This document shows, piece by piece, positions 1-10,905 of a DNA stretch of 64,000 bases (positions are counted from its first letter, which is position 1; every line of letters starts with the position of its first letter). The position numbers were made by a program, and so were the translations under genes. Location of the stretch: the NCBI GenBank assembly GCA_002718035.1, contig PBCX01000008.1:27824-91823 (forward strand). The letters are read 5' to 3'. The notes under the pieces are model-generated. The model searched no databases, had not been told where the DNA came from, and saw nothing but the letters and a program-made list of their open reading frames with translations. Origin of the DNA: Flavobacteriales bacterium (lineage in GTDB: Bacteria > Bacteroidota > Bacteroidia > Flavobacteriales > TMED113).

Positions 1-983
1 ATTCATTTTCTGATGTTTTGCCAGTTTTTACAGACTGTATTTTTAAGTCCATTTACCCTGAAGATATAATTAGAAATAAATTAGAAAACGAGAAAAAGTC
101 CTTTATTATTAATTCGTCTAAGGTAACTGAAAAGGCTAGAGAGAAATTTAAAGAAATCCTTTATGGAAATGATCATTTATATGGTAAAAAAATTGAGTTA
201 GCTGATTTTGATAATTTAAACTCAAATAATTTAAAAAATATTCATTCAAACATTTGTAATTTTCAATATTGTAGTAAAAATTTAATTTCTAATTTAAGTA
301 TTTTAATTTCTGGTAATTATCCAAAAAATATCACTCAAATGTTGGAATTTAATTTGCCAAAAACTACTGAAAGGAACTCTTTTGATCAATTTAAATTTAT
401 AAATAAAACTAAATCATCGTATCATTATATATCTAAAAAAAATGCACTTCAAACTGCATTTAGGGTTGGTAAAATTTTACCTGGTCATAATCATAATGAC
501 TTTTTTGGATTAAAAGTCTTGGTTACAATTTTAGGAGGATATTTTGGATCTAGACTAATGGCGAACATAAGAGAAGACAAAGGGTACACGTATGGAATTG
601 GTTCATATTTATTAACTGAAGAAACATACAGTGAGTTAAATATAGTAACTGAGGCTGGATCTAAGTATTCGAAGCAAGTTTTTATTGAAATTGTAAAGGA
701 AATTAATGACTTAAGACATAGTGAAATTTCTATATCTGAACTAGACAGAGTTAAGTCATACATGTTGGGCTCTATTTTACATAACTGCAATGGATTATTT
801 TCTCAGGTTAATGTATTTAAAGATTTAAAAAAACATAATTCTGATTTTAATTTTTTGGAAAAATTAAATATTGAAATACACAATGTTACTCCTAATAGAA
901 TTAAGTATTTAGCAAACAAGTATCTTGATGTTGACGACATGACTTTTATAGCTTGTGGTCCACCGGAGGAAAAAATATGGTAG
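1..983 (+). CDS. M16-family (insulinase-like) peptidase, C-terminal part; 5' end outside window
   Basis: Frame is open from the window edge (no stop from nt 3); the track start at 18 is only an internal TTG. M16 C-terminal-domain-like segment GGYFGSRLMANIREDKGYTYGIGS. Confidence 0.7.
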   Translation, partial: SFSDVLPVFTDCIFKSIYPEDIIRNKLENEKKSFIINSSKVTEKAREKFKEILYGNDHLYGKKIELADFDNLNSNNLKNIHSNICNFQYCSKNLISNLSILISGNYPKNITQMLEFNLPKTTERNSFDQFKFINKTKSSYHYISKKNALQTAFRVGKILPGHNHNDFFGLKVLVTILGGYFGSRLMANIREDKGYTYGIGSYLLTEETYSELNIVTEAGSKYSKQVFIEIVKEINDLRHSEISISELDRVKSYMLGSILHNCNGLFSQVNVFKDLKKHNSDFNFLEKLNIEIHNVTPNRIKYLANKYLDVDDMTFIACGPPEEKIW

Positions 984-1037
984 ATATTAATCAATTTCTA
1001 TAAGAAAATTTTTATTTTTGCAAACAATAAATTCTTT

Positions 1038-2504
1038 ATGTTAAAGCTTACTAATAATATTTCAGAAGGATTGGCGTTCGATGATGTTTTGGTTATTCCA
1101 TCTTATTCAGAAGTTCTACCAAGTGAAGTAGACACATCAGTCAACTTTTCAAAAAATATTAAGTTAAATATTCCAATTGTGTCATCAGCAATGGATACAG
1201 TTTCTGAGTCTTCAATGGCTATTTCTTTAGCAAGAGAAGGTGGTATTTCCGTATTACATAAAAATTTATCTATCGATGAACAGGTTAGACAAGTTAAGAT
1301 TGTTAAAAGAGCGGAAAGTGGAATGATTTTAAATCCAGTTACAATTTTTGACGATTCATTGGTAGAAGATGCTAAAAACTTAATGAATAAGTATAAAATT
1401 GGTGGTATACCAGTTTTATCATCAGAAAAAAAACTAGTTGGAATTGTTACTAATAGAGATCTTAGATTTGAAAAAAATAATAAAAAATCTATAAAGTCTG
1501 TTATGACATCTTCCTCCCTCATTACATCTACAAAAAATATTTCTTTAAGTGAAGCAGAAACAATTTTACAAAAAAATAAAATAGAGAAGTTACCAATTGT
1601 TAATTCAAATAATGAGTTAATAGGACTAATCACATTTCGAGACATTAGTAAAGTAAAAAAACAACCGAATGCGTGTAAAGACAATTATGGAAGACTTAGA
1701 GTTGCTGCAGCAATTGGGGTTGGAGATAAAGGCTTGGCTAGATGTTCTGCTTTAGCTAATGCAGGTGTTGATGCTGTTGTTATTGATACTGCTCATGCTC
1801 ATTCTAAACTTGTTATTGAAACTCTTAAAGAAGTTAAAAAGAATTTTAAAAATATTGATTGTATAGTTGGTAATATAGCTACTCCTGAAGCGGCTAGGTT
1901 ATTGATTAAAAATAATGCTGATGGAGTAAAAATTGGTATTGGTCCAGGTTCAATTTGTACCACTAGAGTTGTTTCTGGTGTTGGTGTTCCTCAACTGACA
2001 GCAATAAGTAATATTTTTTCAAACTTAAAAAAAAATAAAATACCATTAATTGCTGATGGAGGTATTAGATTTTCAGGAGACATTGTTAAAGCTATTGTAG
2101 CTGGTGCTAATACAGTTATGTTAGGATCTATGTTAGCTGGTTTAGAAGAGTCTCCAGGTCAAACAATCATTTTTGAGGGTAGGAAATTCAAGTCATATCG
2201 TGGTATGGGCTCAATTGAAGCTATGAGTGCTGGTTCCAGTGATAGGTATTTTCAAGATCATAAAAGTGATGTCACGAAGTTAGTACCAGAGGGAATTGTA
2301 GGTAGAGTTCCTTATAAAGGGAAGTTATCAGAATTAATTTTTCAGTACATAGGAGGTTTAAAGGCAGGTATGGGCTATTGTGGTGCAAAGAAAATATCTG
2401 ATTTGAAGAAGGCGAAATTTATTAAAATTAGTTCAGCTGGAATGAGAGAAAGTCATCCTCACAATGTAACAATAACAAGGGAAGCCCCTAATTACTCAAG
2501 ATAA
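1038..2504 (+). CDS. guaB: IMP dehydrogenase
   Basis: 488 aa. Tandem CBS insert and catalytic loop [12 protein letters not shown]-terminal GMGYCG and ESHPH segments typical of IMPDH. Confidence 0.97.
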   Translation: MLKLTNNISEGLAFDDVLVIPSYSEVLPSEVDTSVNFSKNIKLNIPIVSSAMDTVSESSMAISLAREGGISVLHKNLSIDEQVRQVKIVKRAESGMILNPVTIFDDSLVEDAKNLMNKYKIGGIPVLSSEKKLVGIVTNRDLRFEKNNKKSIKSVMTSSSLITSTKNISLSEAETILQKNKIEKLPIVNSNNELIGLITFRDISKVKKQPNACKDNYGRLRVAAAIGVGDKGLARCSALANAGVDAVVIDTAHAHSKLVIETLKEVKKNFKNIDCIVGNIATPEAARLLIKNNADGVKIGIGPGSICTTRVVSGVGVPQLTAISNIFSNLKKNKIPLIADGGIRFSGDIVKAIVAGANTVMLGSMLAGLEESPGQTIIFEGRKFKSYRGMGSIEAMSAGSSDRYFQDHKSDVTKLVPEGIVGRVPYKGKLSELIFQYIGGLKAGMGYCGAKKISDLKKAKFIKISSAGMRESHPHNVTITREAPNYSR

Positions 2505-2516
2505 AATCAACACACA

Positions 2517-4610
2517 ATGAAATATTTATTTTTTATTTTTCTTTTTTCGTTTTTGAATTCCCAAGAAAATTACTTAGTTAAAATTGGCAATAATGAAATT
2601 TTTACACCAGAATTTTTAAATATATATAATAAAAATAGAACCGATAATGATAGTTTAATTAATTCTAATGAAATTGATGAATATCTTGATTTATTTATAA
2701 ATTTTAAACTAAAAGTTATAGAAGCAGAGTCCTTAGGAATGGATACTCTTCCATCATTTAAAAAAGAGCTTGCTGGTTATAGAAATCAATTAAGTAAATC
2801 GTATTTGAATGATACTAAAGTAACTAAGGGTCTATTGCAAGAAGCATATGATCGAATGAAGTATGAAATTAATGCCAGTCATATTTTAGTTTCAATTGAT
2901 CCTACATCTTCGCCTGAGGATACATTAAAAGCATTGAGAAAAATTAATAAAATTAAGAATGAATTTATGAACGGTGTTAGCTTTGAAAAGTTAGCTTCAA
3001 AATACTCTGATGATCCATCTGTTTCTAAAAATGATGGAAATCTAGGTTTTTTTTCCGCACTTAGAATGTTGTATTCATTTGAATCTGCTGCTTATAACAC
3101 ACCAATTGGTCAAGTTTCAGACCCTGTAAGAACATCTTATGGATACCATTTATTAAAAGTAAATGATAAAAGAAAAACAAGAGGTGATGTAAAAGTTGCT
3201 CATATTATGATTGTAAATGATAAAAAATCTAAATCTGATACTTTAGCTAAAGAAAAAATATTTGAGATATACAGTCTCTTAAGTGAAGGTGAAGATTTTT
3301 CTGATCTAGCCAAAAAATATTCAGATGACAAGAAATCTGGATCCAGAGGAGGTGAGTTAGACTGGTTCGGAGTTACCAACAAAGTTAATATGTATGAAAC
3401 ATTTTCAAATGCATCATTTGATTTAGTAAATATTGGAGACATCTCTAAACCAATAAAAACACCTGCAGGATGGCATATTATAAAATTATTACAAAAAAAA
3501 GATTTACCTCCATATTCCGAAATTGAATCAACTTTAAAATCAAGGATTGAAAAAGATTCTAGGTCTCAAAAAAGTAGAAATGCATTAGTCAAAAGATGTA
3601 AAGATTTTTATGATTTTAGAGAATTTAAAAAGTATCTAAAAACTTTTTATGATCTAGAAAGTGAGAAAATTTTGAAAGCAAAGGGGCCTCAAGAATTATT
3701 AAGTAAAAATGACAAAAAACTTTTTTCTCTTACATATAATGACAAGATTAAAAACTTTACCCAAAATGATTTTTTAGTTTTTTTAATGAATTTCAAGAAT
3801 AGTTTTAGGAATAAAGAAAACTCTTCAACTATTATTGATGAATTATATAGAATGTTTATTGAACAAAGTATAATTAATTTTGAAAACAATAATCTTGAAT
3901 CAAGATACTCTGAATTTGCTATGTTGATGGATGAATACCATGATGGTATCCTTTTATTTGATTTAATGAATGAAATGGTATGGTCGAAAGCAGTAAATGA
4001 CACTGTTGGATTAAATTCTTTTTACTCCTCATTAATAACTACAAATCCCTCAAGTAATTTTTTCCACCCGGAAAGAGTTGTTATAAAAGTTTATGAAACA
4101 TATGACGAGAAAACACATAAAAAATTAATTAAACAATTTAATAGAGGTTATGATGATGAATATTTGATTTCCAGATTTAATAAAGATTCAAATTTAAATT
4201 TAAAAATTTATGAAGAAGTTATTCCCTTAGTTGAAAGTGCTAAAATTAAGGAAACATATAATGATTCAAGTAAATATTATTTTAATATTAAAAAAGATAC
4301 TTTAAAAAAATCCATCAAGGAATTAGATTTAATCAAAGGTCTTGTGATTTCTGAATATCAAAATTTATTGGAAAAAGAGTGGTTAAGTACGTTGAAAGAA
4401 AAGTATAAAATTTATGTTAATTATGATATTTTAAAATTAATTAAAGAAAATAAAATCAATCAAATTAATCAAGAATCCAATAATGAAGAAATAAAAATCC
4501 CTGAGTTTTTCGGTACTTTTTCTAATGCATACAAAAAAGCTGTCAAAACATTAGGGTCATCCAAGAAAACCTATTTTAAATGGAAGGGTAATACTTATAC
4601 AACTGAATAA
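2517..4610 (+). CDS. Periplasmic peptidylprolyl isomerase (parvulin type, SurA/PpiD-like, long form)
   Basis: 697 aa with a signal peptide. Two parvulin segments: NASHILV...GYHLLKV and VAHIMI...GGELDWF...GWHIIKL. Confidence 0.8.
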   Translation: MKYLFFIFLFSFLNSQENYLVKIGNNEIFTPEFLNIYNKNRTDNDSLINSNEIDEYLDLFINFKLKVIEAESLGMDTLPSFKKELAGYRNQLSKSYLNDTKVTKGLLQEAYDRMKYEINASHILVSIDPTSSPEDTLKALRKINKIKNEFMNGVSFEKLASKYSDDPSVSKNDGNLGFFSALRMLYSFESAAYNTPIGQVSDPVRTSYGYHLLKVNDKRKTRGDVKVAHIMIVNDKKSKSDTLAKEKIFEIYSLLSEGEDFSDLAKKYSDDKKSGSRGGELDWFGVTNKVNMYETFSNASFDLVNIGDISKPIKTPAGWHIIKLLQKKDLPPYSEIESTLKSRIEKDSRSQKSRNALVKRCKDFYDFREFKKYLKTFYDLESEKILKAKGPQELLSKNDKKLFSLTYNDKIKNFTQNDFLVFLMNFKNSFRNKENSSTIIDELYRMFIEQSIINFENNNLESRYSEFAMLMDEYHDGILLFDLMNEMVWSKAVNDTVGLNSFYSSLITTNPSSNFFHPERVVIKVYETYDEKTHKKLIKQFNRGYDDEYLISRFNKDSNLNLKIYEEVIPLVESAKIKETYNDSSKYYFNIKKDTLKKSIKELDLIKGLVISEYQNLLEKEWLSTLKEKYKIYVNYDILKLIKENKINQINQESNNEEIKIPEFFGTFSNAYKKAVKTLGSSKKTYFKWKGNTYTTE

Positions 4611-4667
4611 AATTTATTATTTATTCATGTCTCAATAAAATTTGTATATTAAGAAATAAATAAACTG

Positions 4668-6020
4668 ATGGTTAATAAATATATTTTTCTTTTAATTTTA
4701 ATTATATCCAATCATTTTTCTTTTTCACAAGATATTAATAAACAAAAATTAGATGGAGTTGTAGCTATTGTTGGTGATGATGTTTTGTTCTACAGTGAAT
4801 TAAATGAAAGCATGTTACAGTACAGCTCTCAAAATAATTTAAACTTATCTAATAAAGATTTACAAACGCAAGTTCTTGAAGAGCTTCTTTTTCAAAAACT
4901 ATTAGTATACCATGCTAAAATTGATAGTATAATTGTAGGGGATAATGAAGTTAATAATAATTTGGAGAGAAGATTAGATTATATAACTTCTCAAATTGGT
5001 TCTGAAAAAAAGGTTGAAAAATATTTTGATAAGACAATGCCTCAAATAAAGCAACAGTTGGAAATAAGTATTAGAGAACAATTAACAGCCCAGCTTATGC
5101 AGCAGAATATAACTAAGTTTGTTGATATTACTCCCTCAGAGATAGTTTCTTTTTATGAAGAAATTTCTCAAGATAGTTTGCCTTTTTTGGAAGATCAGTA
5201 TATAATGTCTCAAATTATAATTCTTCCAAATCCATCAGATTCCTCTATTTTACAAACAAAAAATAAGTTGAGTAATTTGAGAGAAAGAATAACTAGTGGC
5301 GATAAATTTTCTACCATGGCTATTCTGTATTCTGAAGACCCTGGTTCTTCTAGAACAGGGGGTGAGTATTTTGGTGTAAAAAAAGGTCAGCTAGAAAAAA
5401 AATTTGAAGCCGTTATATTTAGCCTTTCCATTGGGGAGTTATCAAATATTTTTAAAACAGAATATGGTTTTCATATTGCAAAATTAATCGATAGAAAAGG
5501 TGGTGTTGTTGATTTTGCTCATATTTTGATGGTTCCTAAAGTTTTTTATAAAGAATTAGATGAGTCAAAAGAAGTTTTGAACTCAATAAAAGAAGACATA
5601 GAGGGTTCTAGAACAACATTTGAGCTGGCTGCTAAAAAATATTCAGATGATGAATCCACAAAATATAATGGTGGTTTTTTAGTTAATGAAAAAACAGGTG
5701 AATATAAATTTTATTCAGATGAAATTGAGAGCTCTATCAAATCTAAATTACTTAATATGGAAGTTGGTCAAATTTCCGAACCTATTTATTATAAGTCCTC
5801 CGATGGTAAAGAGGGTTATAGAATAATTAGTCTAGTGGAAAAAATTGATGCTCACTATGCAAATATTAGTAATGACTTTGCGCTAATTAAAATGTATGCT
5901 GAAAATTTAAAAAAACAAAACGTACTTTCTGATTGGATTAATTCAAAAATTAAAAATACTTTTATTCAAATAGATGAAGATTTTTTAAATCTTAATTATA
6001 ATTATAATTGGGTTAAATAA
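4668..6020 (+). CDS. SurA-like chaperone / peptidylprolyl isomerase
   Basis: 450 aa with a signal peptide and a SurA_N-like region. Parvulin segments GGEYFGV...GFHIAKL and FAHILM...GYRIISL. Confidence 0.8.
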   Translation: MVNKYIFLLILIISNHFSFSQDINKQKLDGVVAIVGDDVLFYSELNESMLQYSSQNNLNLSNKDLQTQVLEELLFQKLLVYHAKIDSIIVGDNEVNNNLERRLDYITSQIGSEKKVEKYFDKTMPQIKQQLEISIREQLTAQLMQQNITKFVDITPSEIVSFYEEISQDSLPFLEDQYIMSQIIILPNPSDSSILQTKNKLSNLRERITSGDKFSTMAILYSEDPGSSRTGGEYFGVKKGQLEKKFEAVIFSLSIGELSNIFKTEYGFHIAKLIDRKGGVVDFAHILMVPKVFYKELDESKEVLNSIKEDIEGSRTTFELAAKKYSDDESTKYNGGFLVNEKTGEYKFYSDEIESSIKSKLLNMEVGQISEPIYYKSSDGKEGYRIISLVEKIDAHYANISNDFALIKMYAENLKKQNVLSDWINSKIKNTFIQIDEDFLNLNYNYNWVK

Positions 6021-6027
6021 AATTTAT

Positions 6028-6993
6028 ATGCAAACAAATAATAATGATCTAAAAACAATAGAAAATTTACTTATTTCTTGTAATGAAATTAAAAAAGAAG
6101 TTGCAAAAAAAATAGTAGGTCAAAAAAATGTTATAAATAAATTATTAATTTCTATATTTTCTGGCGGTCACGTTGTTTTAATTGGTGTGCCGGGGCTAGC
6201 TAAAACATTATTAGTTAATACCATTTCTAGTACACTAGGATTAAATTTTAATAGAATTCAGTTTACACCTGATTTAATGCCTTCAGACATAATGGGTTCG
6301 GAAATAATTGATGTTGATAGAAATTTTAAATTCGTTAAAGGTCCTCTTTTTGGAAATATAATTTTAGCTGATGAAATAAATAGAACTCCACCTAAAACAC
6401 AATCTGCACTTTTAGAAGCTATGCAGGAAAAAAGTGTGACAGTTGCTGGAAAAACCTACTATCTTGAATCTCCTTTCTTTGTTTTAGCTACCCAAAATCC
6501 AATTGAGCAAGAAGGTACCTATCCTTTGCCCGAAGCGCAACTAGATAGGTTCATGTTTAGTATTATGATTGATTATCCTAATTTTGATGAGGAATTATCA
6601 ATAGTTAAAAAAACAACTAGTGTAAATAATATTGAAATTAAAAATGTAATTAATGCAGAACAAATTTTAAGTTACCAAAAGTCGTTATTTAATGTCCCTA
6701 TTACTGATAATGTTTATTCTTATGCTGTTGGTTTAGTTAGAAAAACAAGACCTAATACTAAGAGCTGTCCAGAGGAAATAAGTAAGTTTATTGATTTTGG
6801 AGCTGGTCCAAGAGCTTCCCAGTATTTAATATTAGGAGCAAAAATGAACGCTATTTTAAACGGAAAAATAACTCCCGATGTTGAGGATGTGAGATCTGTG
6901 TCTTTTGATGTGTTAAGGCATCGCATAGTCAAGAATTATAAAGCAGAAGCAGAAGGAATTAGTGTAGAGAAATTAATACAGAATTTATTTTAA
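6028..6993 (+). CDS. MoxR-family AAA+ ATPase
   Basis: 321 aa. Walker A GVPGLAKT and MoxR core ILADEINRTPPKTQSALLEAMQE. Confidence 0.9.
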   Translation: MQTNNNDLKTIENLLISCNEIKKEVAKKIVGQKNVINKLLISIFSGGHVVLIGVPGLAKTLLVNTISSTLGLNFNRIQFTPDLMPSDIMGSEIIDVDRNFKFVKGPLFGNIILADEINRTPPKTQSALLEAMQEKSVTVAGKTYYLESPFFVLATQNPIEQEGTYPLPEAQLDRFMFSIMIDYPNFDEELSIVKKTTSVNNIEIKNVINAEQILSYQKSLFNVPITDNVYSYAVGLVRKTRPNTKSCPEEISKFIDFGAGPRASQYLILGAKMNAILNGKITPDVEDVRSVSFDVLRHRIVKNYKAEAEGISVEKLIQNLF

Positions 6994-7921
6994 ATATTTT
7001 TTTTACTATTTTTTTTGCTTCTTTTCTAACATTTATTTCATTAAAATTTGTTTTATTTACAATCTTTTCTAACTCTCTTTTAAATTCTTTTTTTTTGTAA
7101 ATATTTATTAATAACTCCTCATTTATTGCTTCTTTTAGCCAAAAGATTTGTTTATTTCTCATTTTTTTATTTTCTAGACAAAATTTAATTTTACCCCAAA
7201 TTGAACTTATATTCTGTGGCTTAAGTGATGAAAAAGTTTCAATTATTTTCTCATTTTTAAATTTATCAGAAAAATTATTTTTTTCTTTTGACTTCTCAAT
7301 ATTATTTATTGTATCAATTTTATTTATCAAGATTAAATCAGCAATTTCAAGGATGCCTTTTTTTATAGCTTGAATATGGTCACCTGATTTGGGTAGACAT
7401 AATAGAATAAAGCAGTCACAAATAAAATGACCTGTTATTTCACTTTGCCCAACTCCAACTGTTTCTATAAAAATAAAATCAAATCCAAATGTTTTGCATA
7501 AAATAATACTTTCTCTTGTTCTTTTATTAATTCCACCTAATGCATCTCCACTAGGTGAGGGCCTAATAAAAACATTTGGCTTAGATGAAATTTTTTGCAT
7601 TCGAGTTTTGTCAGCCATTATACTTCCTTTTGACTTTTTACTTGTTGGGTCAACAGCGAGTACAGCAATTTTATTACTCTCAATTAAGTGATTTCCTAAC
7701 GTATCAATAAATGTGCTTTTCCCAACACCTGGGGGGCCACTAACACAAATTATTTTAGATTTAGTTTTTTCTTTTAAGCATAAATCAATTAAATTATTGG
7801 CAATTTCTTTATCAGAATCTCTGTTACTTTCAATAACTGTAATAGCTTGAGCAAGAGTACTTATGTCTTTGTTTTTTATACCTCTAAAATATTCATTTGC
7901 TTTCATTTTAGATAGATTCAA
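6959..7921 (-). CDS. meaB: Methylmalonyl-CoA mutase-associated G3E GTPase (MeaB/ArgK)
   Basis: P-loop GPPGVGKST, plus ETVGVGQSE and NKID motifs. Overlaps the mutase stop by 14 nt; the alternative ATG at 7906 removes that overlap. Its 3' end overlaps the moxR 3' end by 35 nt (convergent). Confidence 0.88.
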   Translation of the reverse strand: MNLSKMKANEYFRGIKNKDISTLAQAITVIESNRDSDKEIANNLIDLCLKEKTKSKIICVSGPPGVGKSTFIDTLGNHLIESNKIAVLAVDPTSKKSKGSIMADKTRMQKISSKPNVFIRPSPSGDALGGINKRTRESIILCKTFGFDFIFIETVGVGQSEITGHFICDCFILLCLPKSGDHIQAIKKGILEIADLILINKIDTINNIEKSKEKNNFSDKFKNEKIIETFSSLKPQNISSIWGKIKFCLENKKMRNKQIFWLKEAINEELLINIYKKKEFKRELEKIVNKTNFNEINVRKEAKKIVKKIFKINSVLISLH

Positions 7922-10904
7922 TTATTTCTATGGCAGCTTGTGCTATTATTGTTCCAGGTCCAAAAATGTTGTTTACTCCCTTTTCATAAAGAAATTGGTG
8001 GTCCTTTTTAGGAATGATTCCACCAACTACAATTAAGATTTTCTTTTTACTTTTTTTCTTTAAACAATTTATTAGTTTTGGAATCGATGTTTTGTGCCCA
8101 CCAGCAAGACTTGATATTCCAATTATATGAACATCATTTTCAATAGCTTGTTTAGTAATTTCTTCTGGTGTTTGAAATAATGGTCCAATATCAACGTCAA
8201 AGCCTAAATCAGAGAAGCTAGTGGCAATTATATTAGCCCCACGGTCATGGCCATCTTGACCAACTTTTGCTACTAGGATTCTAGGTCTTCTGCCTATTTT
8301 TTCAGCAAGCAAATTAATTTTATTTATTGCATCATTAAATATTTTATTTTCTTTAATTTCCATCGAATAAATTCCAGTACTAATAGTTCGTTCAGGTACA
8401 TATCTTTTGAAAACTTTTTCACATGCTTCTGAAATTTCACCAAGTGTTGCCCTTTCTGTTGCTGCTTCAACACATAAATCTAATAAATTGTTATTGTTTT
8501 CAAAACAAGCTTTGGTAATATTATTTAATGACTTTATTACTTTTTTTGTATTTCTTTTTTCTTTTATTTTTTGTAATTTTTTTATTTGACTTTTTTGAAC
8601 TTTGCTATTATTTATGCTTAAAATTTCAACTTGTTGGTTTTCGTTACTTTTGTAAGAGTTTAATCCAATTATTAAAATTGTTTTAGAGTCTATCTGAGCT
8701 TGTCTTTTTACAGCAGCTTCTTCAATTGTTTTTTTTGGAATTCCAAGTTCAATTAATTTGGTCATACCTCCCTCTTTTTCTACATCAGTGATAATTTTAG
8801 AAGCTTTTTTTAACAGATCGTTAGTTAATTTTTCTAGAAAATGTGATCCACCAAAGGGGTCAATTAATTGACATATATTTGACTCTTCTTGTAAGAAAAT
8901 TTGAGTATCTCTGGCAATTTTTGCAGATTGTGGTGTTGGTAATGTTATGGCTTCATCATAACTGTTTGTGTGAAGTGATTGGGTTCCTCCTATAACAGCG
9001 GCTAATCCTTCAATACATGTTCTTGTTATATTGTTTAATGGGTCTTGCTCAGTTAAGCTCCATCCAGAAGTTTGACAATGGGTTCTTAACATTAAAGATT
9101 TTTCTTTTTTAGGTTTAAATTTTTTAACGATTTGCGCCCATAAGATTCTTGCTGCTCTCAATTTTGCAACTTCAATAAAAAAATCCATTCCTATTCCCCA
9201 GAAAAAGGAAATTCTTGGGGCAAAATCATCTATATTTAGACCTGATTTTATACCTGTTTTTAAATATTCTAATCCATTTGCGAGAGTAAATGCTAATTCT
9301 AGTTCAGGTGTTGCGCCTGCTTCCAGCATGTGATAGCCACTGACGCTTATTGAGTTAAATTTTGGCATGTTAAGAGAAGTATATTTGAATATATCACTAA
9401 CAATTCTCATTGATTGAGTAGGAGGATATATGTAAGTATTTCTTACTAAAAATTCTTTTAATATATCATTTTGAATTGTTCCTGTAATTTTACTTAGAGG
9501 TATTTCTTTTTCTTTTGCATGTGAAATTAAAAAAGCCATAATTGGTAATACAGCACCATTCATTGTCATTGAAATAGATGTGTTTTCTATTGGGATATCT
9601 TTAAATAATCTTTTAATATCTTCAATTGTATCAATTGCAACTCCGGCCATTCCTACATCAGACTTTACTCTTTCGTGATCTGAATCATATCCTCTATGTG
9701 TTGGTAGATCAAAAGCAACAGATAAACCAGTCTGACCAGCTTTTAAATTTTTTTTATAAAACTCATTTGAATCTTCAGCTGTTGAGAATCCTGCGTATTG
9801 TCTAATTGTCCATTTTTTTTGACAATACATACTTGGATATGGCCCCCTTAAAAAAGGAGGTTGCCCAGCTCCAAAATTTAAATGCTTAATAGATTTGTTA
9901 AATTTTAAATTTTGTTTTTCTTTATTATAATTATTTAACGTTTGGGTATCTTTGTTTTTGGAAAAAACATGAGATTTTGATGTTATGAAATTTGTTAACA
10001 TTTCTGTATAAAAACTTCCATGTAATGGATCGGTAGTTTTATAAAGTAAGCCTTCATATTTTAATATCAGCTGTTGTTTAACTCCTAATTGTTTTTGTTT
10101 TACATTTACTCTGAGCGAGTCGCATCCCCCAACAATTGCAGAAAATGCTTGTGTTGATGTTTGAATAAGAGAGTTAATTTTTTTATTAATTATTTTGGTT
10201 TCACATGTAATAAATGGTGATTTATTAAATTTTTTTGCAAACCATATTCTAAAAGCTCTTATTCTGCATATTTCAAACATAATATTGTTTGATAAAATAA
10301 AATTAAAATGAATGTTTTTTGTTTCAATGTAATTTGGGATTGTTTTTGCAATGCTTTCAAAATTGATTTTTTGGATATCGATTTTTATAAATTTAAAATT
10401 TGGTAAGGCTCTAGAGTATTTTGTGTATTTTTTTTTGTTTAAACTTGAAAAATCGAACGTTCCATTAATTGACTTGCTATTTTCAAGATTAGAAATAAAT
10501 TCAATTAATATTTCTGCATCATTTACATTTCTAAATCCAATTGAAATTTTTGAAAGATTTATTTTTCCTAAAAGTTTTGATATTTTTTTTGATGAATAAT
10601 TTTGTTTTTTAAAGTCAAACTCAATAAAATTTGCACCTTCATTAATTAGTTTTATTGCTTCTATGTTTGCTTTTTGGAATGAGTTTACAATGACCTCGGA
10701 GCAAATTAACCATCCATTTTTTTTAGAAAATGTATTTGATTCTTTTACTTCATTTTCAAAATATATTGGATCAAAATCATGGTTTAAAATTTTGTGTTGA
10801 ATATTTTCAATTTTATTTTTTTTATCATCACTTAAAAATCTTTCTAGCCAAGTTTTTTTATTTTGGCTTTTGAAATTCTCAATTGGCTCAAATATTTTTG
10901 ACAT
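7908..10904 (-). CDS. mutB: Methylmalonyl-CoA mutase, single polypeptide with a MutA-like N-terminal region fused to a MutB-type catalytic and B12-binding region
   Basis: 998 aa. From about residue 340: FLRGPYPSMY...WTIRQYAGFSTAEDSN...GLSVAFDLPTHRGYDSD. C-terminal cobalamin domain RILVAKVGQDGHDRG. Residues 1 to about 330 look like the non-catalytic small-subunit barrel. Confidence 0.85.
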   Translation of the reverse strand: MSKIFEPIENFKSQNKKTWLERFLSDDKKNKIENIQHKILNHDFDPIYFENEVKESNTFSKKNGWLICSEVIVNSFQKANIEAIKLINEGANFIEFDFKKQNYSSKKISKLLGKINLSKISIGFRNVNDAEILIEFISNLENSKSINGTFDFSSLNKKKYTKYSRALPNFKFIKIDIQKINFESIAKTIPNYIETKNIHFNFILSNNIMFEICRIRAFRIWFAKKFNKSPFITCETKIINKKINSLIQTSTQAFSAIVGGCDSLRVNVKQKQLGVKQQLILKYEGLLYKTTDPLHGSFYTEMLTNFITSKSHVFSKNKDTQTLNNYNKEKQNLKFNKSIKHLNFGAGQPPFLRGPYPSMYCQKKWTIRQYAGFSTAEDSNEFYKKNLKAGQTGLSVAFDLPTHRGYDSDHERVKSDVGMAGVAIDTIEDIKRLFKDIPIENTSISMTMNGAVLPIMAFLISHAKEKEIPLSKITGTIQNDILKEFLVRNTYIYPPTQSMRIVSDIFKYTSLNMPKFNSISVSGYHMLEAGATPELELAFTLANGLEYLKTGIKSGLNIDDFAPRISFFWGIGMDFFIEVAKLRAARILWAQIVKKFKPKKEKSLMLRTHCQTSGWSLTEQDPLNNITRTCIEGLAAVIGGTQSLHTNSYDEAITLPTPQSAKIARDTQIFLQEESNICQLIDPFGGSHFLEKLTNDLLKKASKIITDVEKEGGMTKLIELGIPKKTIEEAAVKRQAQIDSKTILIIGLNSYKSNENQQVEILSINNSKVQKSQIKKLQKIKEKRNTKKVIKSLNNITKACFENNNNLLDLCVEAATERATLGEISEACEKVFKRYVPERTISTGIYSMEIKENKIFNDAINKINLLAEKIGRRPRILVAKVGQDGHDRGANIIATSFSDLGFDVDIGPLFQTPEEITKQAIENDVHIIGISSLAGGHKTSIPKLINCLKKKSKKKILIVVGGIIPKKDHQFLYEKGVNNIFGPGTIIAQAAIEIIESI

Positions 10905-10905
10905 G

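Noticed and set aside
1103-1684. 193-aa minus-strand ORF
   Set aside because: It is antisense to the strongly conserved guaB, has a low-complexity Phe/Ile/Ser-rich composition, and shows no recognisable motifs. Such long antisense frames are expected in AT-rich DNA.
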